A model generated the notes under the pieces. The model saw only the letters and a program-made list of their open reading frames with translations, did not search any database and was not told the origin of the DNA. From Malacoraja senta (taxonomy: Eukaryota), in assembly GCA_038087875.1 (NCBI GenBank), contig CM075978.1, forward strand, positions 174,902,001 through 174,966,000: a stretch of 64,000 bases of DNA, in the 5' to 3' direction. Positions 1 to 12,141 of this stretch are shown one piece after another. The position numbers and the translations under genes are program-made. Positions within the stretch are counted from its first letter, which is position 1, and every line of letters begins with the position of its first letter.

Positions 1-404
1 ACTTTGGATTGATTAGCTGCAGTTAGTTTTGCGTACAGTTCCTGTTGCCCCATTACAGGAATGATGTGGATGCATCGGAGAGGATGCAGAGGAGGTTTAC
101 CAGAACGTTGCCTGGATTAGGGAGTTTCAGCTACATGGAGAGGTTGGATAAACCTGGATTATTTTCTCTGGAACGTCAGAGGCTGAGTGGACAATAGATT
201 AAAAAAAAATTAAAATATGACGGGCATAGATAGGGTAGTCTGTCACAAATGTTATCTTAGGGTGGGGAATGTCCAACTTTAGAGGGCATAGATATAAACT
301 GAGTGGGGGAAGTTTAATATTGATGTATGGGGCAAGCTCTTTACACAGAGATATGTTGGCAGAGGGGTTGGAATGCATCATGCCGATCGCGGTGCCCCAT
401 CTGC

Positions 405-2485
405 ATTAGTACCATCTGCCGGCGTTTGGTCTCCAAAACCATCCATGTCCTGTTCAAATGTCCTTTAAATGTTGTTGTAATTTCAGCCTCAATAATCTCA
501 TCTGGCAGTTCATTTCATATCCCCACTATCATGTGGAAAACGGCTCCCCAGCTCCTGATACAGCTGTAACAACATCCCAAATTCTATACTCATTACCCTG
601 ACTGATGAAGGCCTGTGTGCCGAAAGCCTTCTTAACCACCTTGCCTACCTGTGACACCACACTCACGGAACCATGTACTGTACCAGCATACTCCATGGCG
701 TTTTGCCGTTTATTATACAAGTCCTGCCCACATTTGACTTCCCAAAATACAAAACCTCACACTTATCTGCATTAAACCCATTAACCATTGACCAGCCTAC
801 TTGCCCAACTGAACAAAATCCTGCTGTAACCTTTGATAACCATTTTCGCTATCTACAATATTACCCAATTAAGTCGTCTGCAATCTTACTAATCTGGCTT
901 TGTATGTTCTCATCCAAATCGTTGATGTACAGTAAGCCACAAACAACAATAGGCCCAGCACCGATCCTGGAGGCACACCACTATTCAGAGCCCTCCACTC
1001 CAAACCATCTGAAGAAGGGTCTCGACCCAAAACGTCACTCTTTCCTTCTCTCTAGAGATGCTGTCTGTCCCGCTGAATTACTTCAGCATTTTGTGTCCAT
1101 CTTTGCTTTAAATCAGCAGCTCCAGTTCCTACGTACACAATTGTCACCCTGCAATCTTCCGACACCTCACCCATAGTTAATGATGACTCATATATCTCAG
1201 CCAGGTCACCTGCAATTTGTTCTCTAGCTTCCCGCAGTGCTCTCGGATAAATCTGATCAGGCCTGGAGGATTTCTCTACCTTTTACACGTTAGGACGTTG
1301 AGCACCTCTATCGTAATACCGATTGCACTCAAGACACTTTCATTGATTGCCCCCAAGTTCCCAGATCTTCATGTTTTTCATGCAAGGAAAAGCCTAGGAA
1401 CTATAGATCTGTGCCTGACATCTATGGCAGATACGTTACTGGAGAGTATTCTGAGATAAGGTATATATGCAGCTTTATGAGCAATAGCTGATCAGTGAAA
1501 TTGAACCTGGCGTGTTTACGAAGGTGATATAGCCTCACGTATGACCAAGAGTTTTGAAGAAGCAACTTAGAAGGTTGAAGATAATGTTTATGTGGAAGCA
1601 TGTTCTGCATGCCAAGTTACCCTGGAAAGCTAGATGAGCTAGCATAATGGGTAGAAAATCTGAGTTATGGACGGAAGTAGTTTAAAAAAATTCAGATTGA
1701 AGGCTGTGACTCTTGCTGGATCGGGGTTGGGTCCATTGCTGTTTGTGTTTTATATTAACAATTTGGATGAGAAGAAACAAGGCATGATTACAATGTCTGC
1801 AGATGCCATTAATGAAGGTGGTATCGTAGACAGGGTCGGCACGACAGCGCAATGGTAGAGTTACTGCCTTACAGCGCCATATACTCTGGTTCGATTCTGA
1901 ATACGGCTGCTGTCTGTATGGAATTTGTACGTTCTCCCTGTGACCACGTGAATTTTCTCCGAGATCTTTAGTTTCCTCCCACACTCCAAAGTAGTACAGG
2001 TTTGTAGGTTATTTGGCTTGGTCTAAATGTAAATGGTCCTTAGTATGTGCACGACAGTGTTAATATATGGGGACTGCTGGTTGGTGCAGACTGAGTGAGC
2101 TAAAGAGTCTGTTTCCACGCTGTACCTCTAAACTAAAAAGACTAATCAGTGAAGACGGTCATCAAAAATTACAGCAGGGTCAGTTGCGCACATGGATTGA
2201 GGGATAGCTAATTAAGCTTAATGCAAACAATTGCGAGGTGTTGCATTTTGGGAGTTCACCCCAGGGCAGGACATTTACAGTGAAGCCTGGGGAAAGTTAT
2301 AGAGCAGAGGGAACTAGGCATACGCATACATGGTTACCTGTGTATGACGTCACATGTAGATGGGTTAGTAACGAAAGCTGTTGGCACATTTTCCCGTGAA
2401 GGGCCCATTTCCCGTGCTCTATGAGTCTATGCCACTATGACAGGGCTGTTCTAGTGCTGCACGACTCTGTGAACCTTCCAAAATC
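405..2485 (+). repeat. Segmental duplication copy A (upstream flank of gene A)
   Basis: Collinear with about 49130-62697, sharing the same deletion junctions, short-repeat insertion, strand switch and SINE insertion. Confidence 0.85.
1833..2136 (+). mobile_element. HE1-like tRNA-derived SINE
   Basis: tRNA-like head (GGCACGACAGCGCAATGG...GGTTCGATTCT) and tail ...GTTTCCACGCTGTACCTCTAAACTAAA. The copy at the equivalent position of the duplicated segment is at about 54035-54328; further copies lie at about 4195-4455 (+), 12440-12745 (-), 26170-26438 (+) and 38880-39060 (-). Confidence 0.8.
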
Positions 2486-4933
2486 CTACAGAAAGCAATA
2501 CTTCCAACCACATTTCTCCTACCATGATATCCCCGCAATCTCACGATGGTCTGGCGAATCTTCCTCGTAGTCCAATTAATGGAATTGTTCACTTTTGGAG
2601 TAAATAAGCTAAACCGTAACAAATTAGGCCGGATGTGGTCTCAACTTGGCCTATGTTGCTGTAAGATGACAAGTGTATTCTGGTACAGAAATTCTATAGC
2701 AATAACAAATTGGAGGAACAGCATCTCATATTTCGCTTGGGAAACTTGCAACCCGGTGGTATGAATATTGATTTCTCTCACTTCGGGTAGCCCGGGCCTT
2801 CCCTCTCTCTCTATCCTCCCCCACCCAGGTCGCACCAGCTTCTCATTTCCACCCGACAGCTTACAATGGCCTGTTTCTTTTATCATCGTTACATGTTTTG
2901 CAGAACTTTCATTAATTGTTCTTTATCTCTCCACATCACCGTCCATATCTCTCGTTTACCTTTTCCCTAACCTGTCTGCAGAAGGGCCTCGACCCGAAAC
3001 GGCACCCATTCCTTCTCTCCAGAGATGCTGTCCGTCCCGCTGAGTTACTCCAGCTTTTGTGTTTAAGAAAGAACTGCAGATGCTGGAAAAATCGAAGGTA
3101 GACAAAAATGCTGGAGAAACTCAGCGAGTGAGACAGTATTAATGGAGCGAAGGAATAGGTAACGTTTCGGGTCGAGACCCTTATTCCTTCGCTCCATAGA
3201 TGCTGCCTACCAGCTTTTTGTGTGTATCTAACATTAACGACTTGCTTGTCGAACCTCACTGTTTGGTGGAAATGAATAATGAATAGACTTCGGTGACTTG
3301 CAGGTACCTTGAATATCAACATTTCCGCATATCTTACCCTAAAAAATAATAATCGGCACCTGTGCACTGTCTGTGCATAATTTCAATTTCTCCTCATGGT
3401 ACATCTGCCACGGCATTTCCTCATTGTATTTCATCTGTCGTGACATATTACTCACCGCGTATTTTTAAGGCAACGCTAAACCTGGCCACTTTGCCGAATC
3501 CATTGATTAAACCTGTTCATACTTCAATAAAGGATCATTTTATTTTCATTGGGCACGAGCTTCCACATTGAGAAGTGTCTGTTTATTCCGATTCATCGCT
3601 TTCGAATCATCAATCAAGTCACAATTCACACGTCTCTGCTGATCCCTATTCTATGTGCTCTTTTCACCGAGCTCCGATTTTGAAAAGCATTCGGAAGATT
3701 GAAAGTCTGCGGAAACCCCAAATAAGCAGCAGCCACAGCGGTCGGAGCACTTTTTCTGGCGATCCTCGGTAAAGGATCTCCGGCTTCGCGATGGTAAATC
3801 CGCGCCGCACCCGCGGCTGAAGTTCCGGGCCGGTATCCAGGAAAACATAGAAACATAGAAACATAGAAATTAGGTGCAGGAGTAGGCCATTCGGCCCTTC
3901 GAAAGGCGCACCATTCCAGGTTGTTAGGCCGCAAAGGGGGAGGGGGGTGGGGGGGGGGGGCGTATTGCGACACGGAGCAAATCGCATCTCCGTCGAGATA
4001 AGTGACTGAAACAATGTTTTTCACGTTTGCTATTCAGAACTATCCAGGAATAATTACTGAATCTATAGAACCTCGGAGGCTAATGTCCAATATATATATT
4101 TCAAAATTCTACAAATCTGTGAATATAGAAGTCCAGCTGATTGGAATTCATCAATGCTTGGGCGCATAAATCTCTTCAATGTTGGTAACTGGTAGAGATG
4201 CTGCCTCACATTGCCGGAGATCCTCGTTGGATCCTAACGTCCTTCGGTGCTGTCTGTGTGGAATTTGCAAGTTCACCTTGTAACCACATAGGTTTTCTAC
4301 GTGTGCTCTGATTTCTTCCTACATCCCAAAGACATGCTGGTTTGTTGGCTGCTGTAAATTGCCCTTAACGTGCAGGTAGTGGGTGAGAAAGTGGGATAAC
4401 ATGGAATTGGTAGCAAGGGGTAATCGATGGTTGGCGTGGAATCGATGCTCCGATGGGACTGTTTCTATATTCTCTAAATTCTAAACTCTTTAGTAACATT
4501 TAGGTTTTGAAAGTATTTATTTTCGCGTATCCTCTGCCCCCGTCCTTTATTCACCGGCATATCCATAAGCCTTATTTGTCTTTTTCCCCAAGCGAGAGAT
4601 AATGTACAGTATATTATTATTTGTTCTACGCGTAAAGTTTTCGCCATTCTATTTGCTGCAGTATCTGTAAAGCGCTTAGATTTGACTGGCGAGACATTTC
4701 CTTTCGACACATTCCACGAATTCTATTTATGTATTTCTCGTTGCGTTACTTTGATATTCTAATTTTCATTGGACATATCATTTAAAGCACCTGTAAGAGT
4801 TAATCGGGTTTGTGACATTCGCGAAGCTGCATCAAATCAAAACTTTCCATGATACACAAAATGTGCCATATTCTCTAGATAATATCTGCAACGTCTGTGT
4901 TCTCCGTGACATTAAGTGTGCTTCTCAGCGCTA

Positions 4934-4950
4934 TGACGTCAAAGTGAAAC
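4934..4950 (+). promoter_or_regulatory. Overlapping CRE (TGACGTCA) and IRF-type element (AAAGTGAAAC) upstream of gene A
   Basis: Exact motifs seen about 110-125 bp before the ATG, with an ETS-like GAGGAAA near 5025. Motif match only. Confidence 0.4.
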
Positions 4951-5060
4951 AGAACCATTCGGGCCACGCGGTATTGCTGCAAGACGGTCGCCAACAAGCT
5001 TCACTGCTTGACTCGCTGTCAGAGAGGAAACATCGTTGAATTTCACTGTCTTTGTTCAGA

Positions 5061-5115
5061 ATGTTTAAGTTTGCCGTGCTGCTGTGTCTTTCGATCCTCC
5101 ACATGAGTTACACAG
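5061..5115 (+). CDS. Gene A signal-peptide exon MFKFAVLLCLSILHMSYT
   Basis: ATG at 5061, hydrophobic core, phase-1 donor CAG|GTTAAT, 195-bp intron to the V exon; similar to the gene B leader (LHMSYT vs LHVSCA). Confidence 0.85.
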
Positions 5116-5310
5116 GTTAATATATTTCTCTCTATTAAATGCAAATGGTATCGAAAAAGTCACTCCGCGAAAATTATAAGATGTACAACTTTCAAACTTC
5201 TACCCTACTTTACTCTTACCTTTCGGTCGATCTATTTCAGCCATTTGGATTTTTATCTATCAGTTCTTTGTCATTTCACAAGTTTAACGTTTGTTTTTTA
5301 ATTCTGACAG

Positions 5311-5634
5311 TAACTGACCGGCCCTTCTCGTTCAGTGTGCGTCAGATTCCCGATAAGGTAACGAAGATGAAAGGTGAAAATGTATCCTTATACTGTGCTT
5401 GGCAAAACGTCGGTCAGAAAGCATTGCTGGGTGTATATTGGAAGAAAGAGGGTCAAGAAGAGGCTTTGGCTCACACCCCAAACAGGAGGATGACAATGAA
5501 CAATGTCCTGAAGCGATTTGCTGAATTACATCTGTTCGACGTGGGCTTCCGTGACTCCGGGATCTATTATTGCAGTGTGAGAGACGGGAAAGGAAACAGT
5601 TCCAAAGGCAATGGCACGAGGATTATTGTACACG
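5311..5634 (+). CDS. Gene A V-set (VJ-type) Ig domain exon
   Basis: Acceptor ctgacag|; 324 nt open. VRQIP...VSLYC...GVYWKK...AELHLFDVGFRDSGIYYC...GNGTRIIVH carries the canonical Cys, Trp, DxGxYYC and a J-like GxGT in one exon. Confidence 0.95.
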
Positions 5635-8600
5635 GGTCTTACTTGATGTTTCGTATCCCAATAGAAACACAGAAATATGGTGTGCAACAGAGTTATAAAG
5701 TAGCAATAAACGAACCTTTGCTCAGTCTGAACTAGAGGTTTTGCTCCAATTAAGTGTTTGGTTTTTCGTGATTGTTGGACCATGAGATCTTTGGACATTC
5801 ATTATTCTTTAATTTCATATCATTTACTTATCATTTTTATGTCTGGAGATAATTTTCTAGGCGGGACCTCAACTGCATCCAGCGAAAGGAGTATAGATTA
5901 AGATTGCAGATGGTAGTCAATGAAATGGAAACCATCATATGTTGGCGAGTATTGTAGCTGCAGTCGTTTAGTCAAAAAAACATTGCATTCAGGTCGAGAC
6001 CTGTGATATCCAGATGATTGAACGTTCTTGGCAGATCACGAATTGAGCTATTTTGCAGAATATCCATGTTTGACCATTTATATAGCTATTTCTAGTCCAA
6101 CTAGTAAATGTTAACAAAACGTGTGTTGTTAGAAGAAACATTTGGTGAATAGTGAGCGTGATATATTCTAACCGCAATCTTGTGTAAGACTATTCCACCG
6201 TGATTTTAGGAATTCATAGTTTCAAAGAAAATCAATGATAAAATACGAGTCACAACATATCTGCGACTACAGAAATTAGTTTCTGCCGAGAACGTTATAG
6301 CGGAAGTACCAAAAGTTCATGATGAAAATTGTTCAAGAAATTCAGACGTATAGCAAGGAAGAATAGGTGGGGTGCGTGGTGGCGCATTAATGTGGGTGGA
6401 AGACAAAAAACATGACATGATAAACGGGGGAAAATCTGAGAATAATGCAACAAGTCACAAAATAAGTAAACAAAGGAGATAAATGTAGTACCATAAATCA
6501 AATGATTAAATTGCAAATTGAGAATATTAATCAAAACGTTATCCGTCAATTTACGTTGAGTTTCATTGGAACCCAGCAGAGCGTCGAGTGGGAGAACAGA
6601 AGCTTCAATACGAATGGCAATTACACGTCAGTGTCATACTCGATTTCTTGGTGGAAATATGCCAGAAAGCTTCACCCAACTGAGTACGGTCTTCCCACGC
6701 ACATTTCAATCCCACATGAACAACTACTGAATACACATAGTCACGCTACCATACCTTGTCCAGTTTAAGTGCCGTGACAAATACCTAAAGCACCCCATCA
6801 TTTTCGAAAGTTATAACTGCTCAAAAACCAATCAACAACTCCTAAACATAGAACATGAATAGGCCCTTCGGCCCACAATTCCAGTGCGCAATATGGTGCC
6901 AAACTAAATAAATCTCCGCTCTGTGTGAGACATATCCTTTCATTCCCTGTATGTACCTATTTAAAAATATCTACGATGCCCCTATCGCATCTGCCTCTGC
7001 AACTACGCATGATGTAGTTAAGCTGGAACGGGTATAGAGCAGATTTACGAGGATGTTGCCACCACGCGAGGGTCTGAGCTATAGGGAGAGCCGAAGCAGG
7101 CCAGGGCTTTATTCTATTGCAGCGCAGGAGCTATCTGATCATGACCGGAATAAATCGGTAATATGCAAAGCCTTTTACCCGGAGTAGTGGAATCAAGTCC
7201 TTGTAAACGAAACATTTCACCGCATTAAATTACAATAACCGAGGAAAAGAAGTTTGCGTTGCAATTGAGAGATCAATTATGTGCCCGCCACCAGGAAAGC
7301 GAAATTGTCAGTCCCATGTACCCTTTCTTTCTTGGAACGCTTAAATTGCTTTCCACCAGGTGTTTAATTAATTTATTTCTCACGGTTTGATTGGCTCTGC
7401 TTCCAGCACATTTCCGATCACTACTTGTGAAACATCCCCGGAAATTCTCTGGTGAGAGCACTTGCATAGATCAGTTTGGGATGGAGATCAAAGATTTACC
7501 CACCGATGTGGAGATAATGCTTTTGTTACGTGGACGGGAGCAAAATGATGACGCTCCTTTGCCTTTATAGATGGTGTCCTATTTGGTGTTAAGTAATGGC
7601 TGTTGCTAAACATTTCATTCTATTAAATCACACACCACCCCTCCCCGATCAGCCCCTTTTTAATCAAATGCATACATATTTTATCCCTCTAAATCCTTTC
7701 CAGTGGCCTTCCTACCACAGACTGGTTTACAGTTCCCAGGCATATTTTACATATAATACAAAAATAACTAAATTTACGATTTAATTAACGCAATTTTCCG
7801 TTTGATTGGACCACCTTGAACTCTGCTTTGTCTGGTGTAGCAACGTTGCAACGTTGTAGGTAACCTAAATCGTCCTATCACCAACTAGAGAGAAGTCTAG
7901 TCCTACCATCTACCATACAGGAGATTATCAAACTATCTTTTTATCGGACTTTACTGGACCTTATCTTGAACTAAACGCACTCCGGTAATATTGAATCTGT
8001 ACAATGTGGACGGCTTGATCGTAATCATGTGTAGTATTTTCGCTGATTGAATAACACACAACAAAAAACATTTCACCGTGGCTCGGTACACGTGAGAATA
8101 AACTGAAACTGTGTAGCACAAAAAAAATAGAATCGCCCATGACAAGGAAATCTCGGAGGCAAGGTAGCTTTATCAAAGAGAGATGACCGAATACTCTGTG
8201 CTCTATTTCACAGAGACTTGGCTCACCCATCCTCCCCAGACTCACCCAGACTCCCCAGCCGTCCATGCGGATAGTTTCTCCATTCGTCGCATGGACTGAA
8301 TAAAAAGCGTTGGGGAAAGTGATAGGTGGTCACACCTGCCTCACATAGCGCTCAGATATAGTGGTTCTGTCCAACTGCGTTATAACAAGTGTTTACTGTA
8401 TTATATATTTCCAACAACGTAGCTGACATACTGTCTGTCTGAAGAAGGGGTTCGGCCCGTAACGTTGCCTATTTCCTTCGCTCCATAGATGCTGCTGCAC
8501 CCGCTGAGTTTCTCCAGCATTTTTGTGTACCTAGCTGAAATACTTTACTATTTAAGGAACGCCCAAGAAGGTATGGTATTATCCATTTCGAAAGCGATTC

Positions 8601-8659
8601 TGTTGTCTTCTAAATAAACATATAAGGGTACTAACTCCTTTGTCTTAAATTGTTTACAG

Positions 8660-8939
8660 TGTCACCGACGCCTTTGAAGATTAAACAGATGGACACCTTC
8701 CCTGGCCCTAAACTGTACAACTGCTCCGTTTTTCCCGGAGGACTGTGAACTTACCTGGTATAAAGATGACCATGAAATCACTTCTGGAATAAGTACCACT
8801 AAAATACGGAACGATGAGGGCTTATACCTTGCTTCCAGCTTCCTGCATGTAGTGGATAGCCGATCGGTTTATAGTTGCCACGTATCTCACGTCACCCTCC
8901 TGGTTCGGACCATTGAAACTCACAGATTTCCTGGAATCG
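8660..8939 (+). CDS. Gene A C1-set Ig domain exon with +1 frameshift
   Basis: Acceptor tttacag|, donor G|GTATGA, 280 nt (3n+1). The 5' frame reads VSPTPLKIKQMDTF; a second frame reads LALNCTTAPFFPEDCELTWYKD...GLYLASSFL...YSCHVSHVTL, showing the C1 motifs FxP, LxWxK and YxCxVxH. Confidence 0.9.
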
Positions 8940-10013
8940 GTATGAGGTTTATACCTTCAATAACGTCCCGAGATATATCACTGTTTTTTATGTCAAGGAA
9001 TTTCATGAATTCCCACCCAAAACTTACGCCAGACCGTTTTTAAGTATTTGAATGGAGATTGTGGGCATGCCTTTGTTGAAATGGAAAGGTATGCCAGTCT
9101 ATGAAATTAGATACTGGTTAGTAAGAGATATCGCGCAAAGATGACAGTTGTATTTGCATGTATGTATAATAGCGGACGCTGGAACTCGCTGTTTATCTCC
9201 GATCATATAGATCTCTACAGAATGGAAGCAAGGCCCTTCGGCCCGCCCCGTCCACGTCAAGCAAATTGCCATTCTGGCCTAGACCCATCTCTCCGCATTT
9301 GACCATTTCCCCTCTAAATCTTTCCTATCCAAATATCTATCCAAATATCATTTGAAAATCCGCAAATGTATACGCTTCCGTAGCTTCCTCGGAGAGAAAT
9401 TGCCCCTTGGGACCCTCGTAACCTTCCATGTTAGGAATCCATTACCCTGGCAAAAACGACTGTAAGCATTCACTTTCTCTACGCCCTTTATAATTATATA
9501 TACTTGAATTAGGTAAACTTGCTATGCCTCATGGGAAGAGGTCACAACCTATGCAGCATCACCGGATAACTCCAGCCATGAATTCCAGACAATACCTTGG
9601 TGAATCCTTTCTGCACCTTTCCAAAATAATGACATGCTACGTATAGCAGGATGACCAGGACTGCACACAGAACACCAACGAGTCGTCTCAGCAAATACTT
9701 GTAAAGCATAATAAGGGCACTGGTTTCTGTTTATATGTAAATTAATCTTCAGTCTAATCGCTGTAACATTGGAGACTGGAGAGGGGTTGTAATCCAACAT
9801 ATTACAAGTTCCAAGGGACCAAAACAACAATACAGAGACCAAGGGAGATTTTATGGCATTAACACAGATGATTTATTTTTCATTAACTCAGATGATTTAT
9901 TTTCTCATCGTTGCTGATCTGTGATGAGATTCAAACAAAAGAGGAAAATGAAAAGAAAGGAGAAATAAGAACATGTTCGAACGGTCATACACACAATACG
10001 GATAAACGATAAT

Positions 10014-12141
10014 TCAGGCTGATGGGCGTTCCTCTGAACGGTCTGATCTGTTCTGTGCTCCCAGACATATCAAGACAGATTCTAAGATGAGTAGGAAGCA
10101 ACCGTGGCTGACAAGAGAAGTGAGGGATATAATAACATTAAAAGAAAAGATGTATAACACAGCAAAGAGTAGTCGGAAGCCAGAGGATTGGGAAACTTTC
10201 ATAGGACAACAGAAGGAAACAAAACAGGCAATACGGGCTGAAAAGATAAAGTACGAGGGGAAGCTGGCCAGGAATATAAAGAAGGACAGTAAAAGCTTCT
10301 TTAGATATGTTAATGGAAAAAGAGTAGCAAAATCAGATGTAGATCCCTTGAAGGCAGACACGGGCGAAATTATTATGGGGAACAAGGAAATGGCAGAGGG
10401 GTTGAACAGGTACTTTGGATCTGTCTTCAGTAAGGAAGACACAAACAATCTCCCGGAAATTCTGGAGGACAGGGGATCAAAGGGGGTAGAGGAACTGAAA
10501 GAAATTATCATTAGGTGAGAAATAGTATTGGGTAGGTTAATGGGACTGAAGGATAATAAATCCCCTGGGCCCGATGGTCTGCATCCAAGGATCCTCAGGG
10601 AAGTGGCTCTAGAAATAGTGGACGCACTGGTGATCATTTTCCAATGTTCAATAGATTCAGGATCAGTTCCTGTGGATTAGAGGATAGCTAATGTTATCCC
10701 AATTTTCAAGAACGGAGCGAGAGAGAAAACGTGGAATTACAGACCAGTAAGCCTGACTTCGGTGGTGGGAAAGATGCTGGAGTCAATCATTAAAGCGGTA
10801 ATAATGGGGCATTTGTATAGCAGTAGAAGGATCAGTCCAAGTCAGCATGGATTTATGAAAGGAAAATCATGCTGGAATTTTTTGAGCATGTGACAAGCAT
10901 AATGGATGAAGGGGAGCCAGTGGATGTAGTGTATCTAGACTTTCAGAACGCCTTTGATAAGGTCCCGCACGGGAGACTGGTGACTAAAATTGGAGCACAT
11001 GATATTGGGGGTAGGGTGTTGACGTGGATAGAACATTGGTTGGCAGACAGGAAGCAAAGTGTCGGAGTGAACGGGTCCTTTTCAGAATGGCAGGCAGTGG
11101 CGAGTGGAGTGCCGCAATGCTCGGTGTTGGGGCCGCAACTGTTTACAATATATTAATGATTTGGAAGAGGGAATTAGGAGCAACACTAGCAGGTTTGCAG
11201 ATGACACAAAGCTGTGTGGCAGTGTGAACTGTGAAGAGGATGTTAGGACGTTGCAGGCTGACCTGGACAGGTTGGGTGTGTGGGCAGATGCGTGACAGAT
11301 GCAGTATAATATAGATAAATGTGAGGTTACCCACTTTGTGGCAAAAACAAGGGGACAGATCATTATCTCAATGGGGTTAGGTTAGGTAAGGGGGAGGTAG
11401 AGCGAGACCTGGGTGTCCTTGTACACTGGTCACTGAAAGTTGGCGTGCAGGTACAGCAGGCAGTGAAGAAAACGAATGGAATATTGTCCTTCATAACAAG
11501 AGGATTTCAATAGAGGTGTAGAGAGGTTCTTCTGCAGTTGTATAGGGCTCTGGTAAGACCACATCTGGAGTATTCTGTACAGTTTTGGTCTCCTAATTTG
11601 AGGAAGGACATCCTTGTGATTGAGGCAGTGCAGCGTAGGTTCACGAGATTGATCGCTGGGATGGCGGGACTGTCATATGAGGAAAGATTGAAAAGACTAG
11701 GCTTCTATTCCCTGGAGTTTAGAAGGATGAGGGGGATCTTATAAAAACATATAAAATTATTTAAAAAAAGACTGGACAAGCTAGATGCAGGCAAATAGTT
11801 CCCAATGTTGGACGAGTCCAGAACCAGGGGCCACAGTCTTAGAATAAAGGGGAGGCCATTTAAGATTGAGGAGAGAAAAAAACGTTTTCACCCAGAGAGT
11901 TGTGAATTTGTGGAATTCCCTGCCACAGAGAGCAGTGGAGGCCAAATCACTGGATGGATTTAAGAGAGAGTTAGATAGAGCTCTAGGGGCTGGTGGAATC
12001 AAGGGGTATGGGGAGAAGGCAGGCACGGGTTATTGATTGGGGACGATCAGCCATGATGACAATGAATGGCGGTGCTGGCTCGAAGGGCCGAATGGCCTCC
12101 TCCTGCACTTATTTTCTATGATTCTATGTTTCTATGTTTCT
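10014..12141 (+). mobile_element. CR1-clade (HER1-like) LINE, about 2.1 kb 3' portion, frameshifted
   Basis: QPWLT...[32 protein letters not shown], followed by the 3' UTR and (TCTATGTT)n tail at about 12113-12141. Confidence 0.93.

Noticed and set aside
1833-2136. tRNA genes
   Set aside because: The tRNA-like A/B boxes are SINE heads continuing into LINE-derived tails; there is no complete cloverleaf.
3843-3905. (CATAGAAA)n repeats as CRISPR-like or satellite arrays
   Set aside because: These are the reverse-complement 3' microsatellite tails of CR1 LINEs; no spacers.
5139-5735. 198-aa ORF as a single-exon gene
   Set aside because: Its N-terminal part is intron sequence. The real structure is leader exon plus V exon with good splice sites.
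6560-6768. Possible extra C1 exon remnant (NTNGNYTSVSY)
   Set aside because: No Cys/Trp framework and no convincing splice sites.
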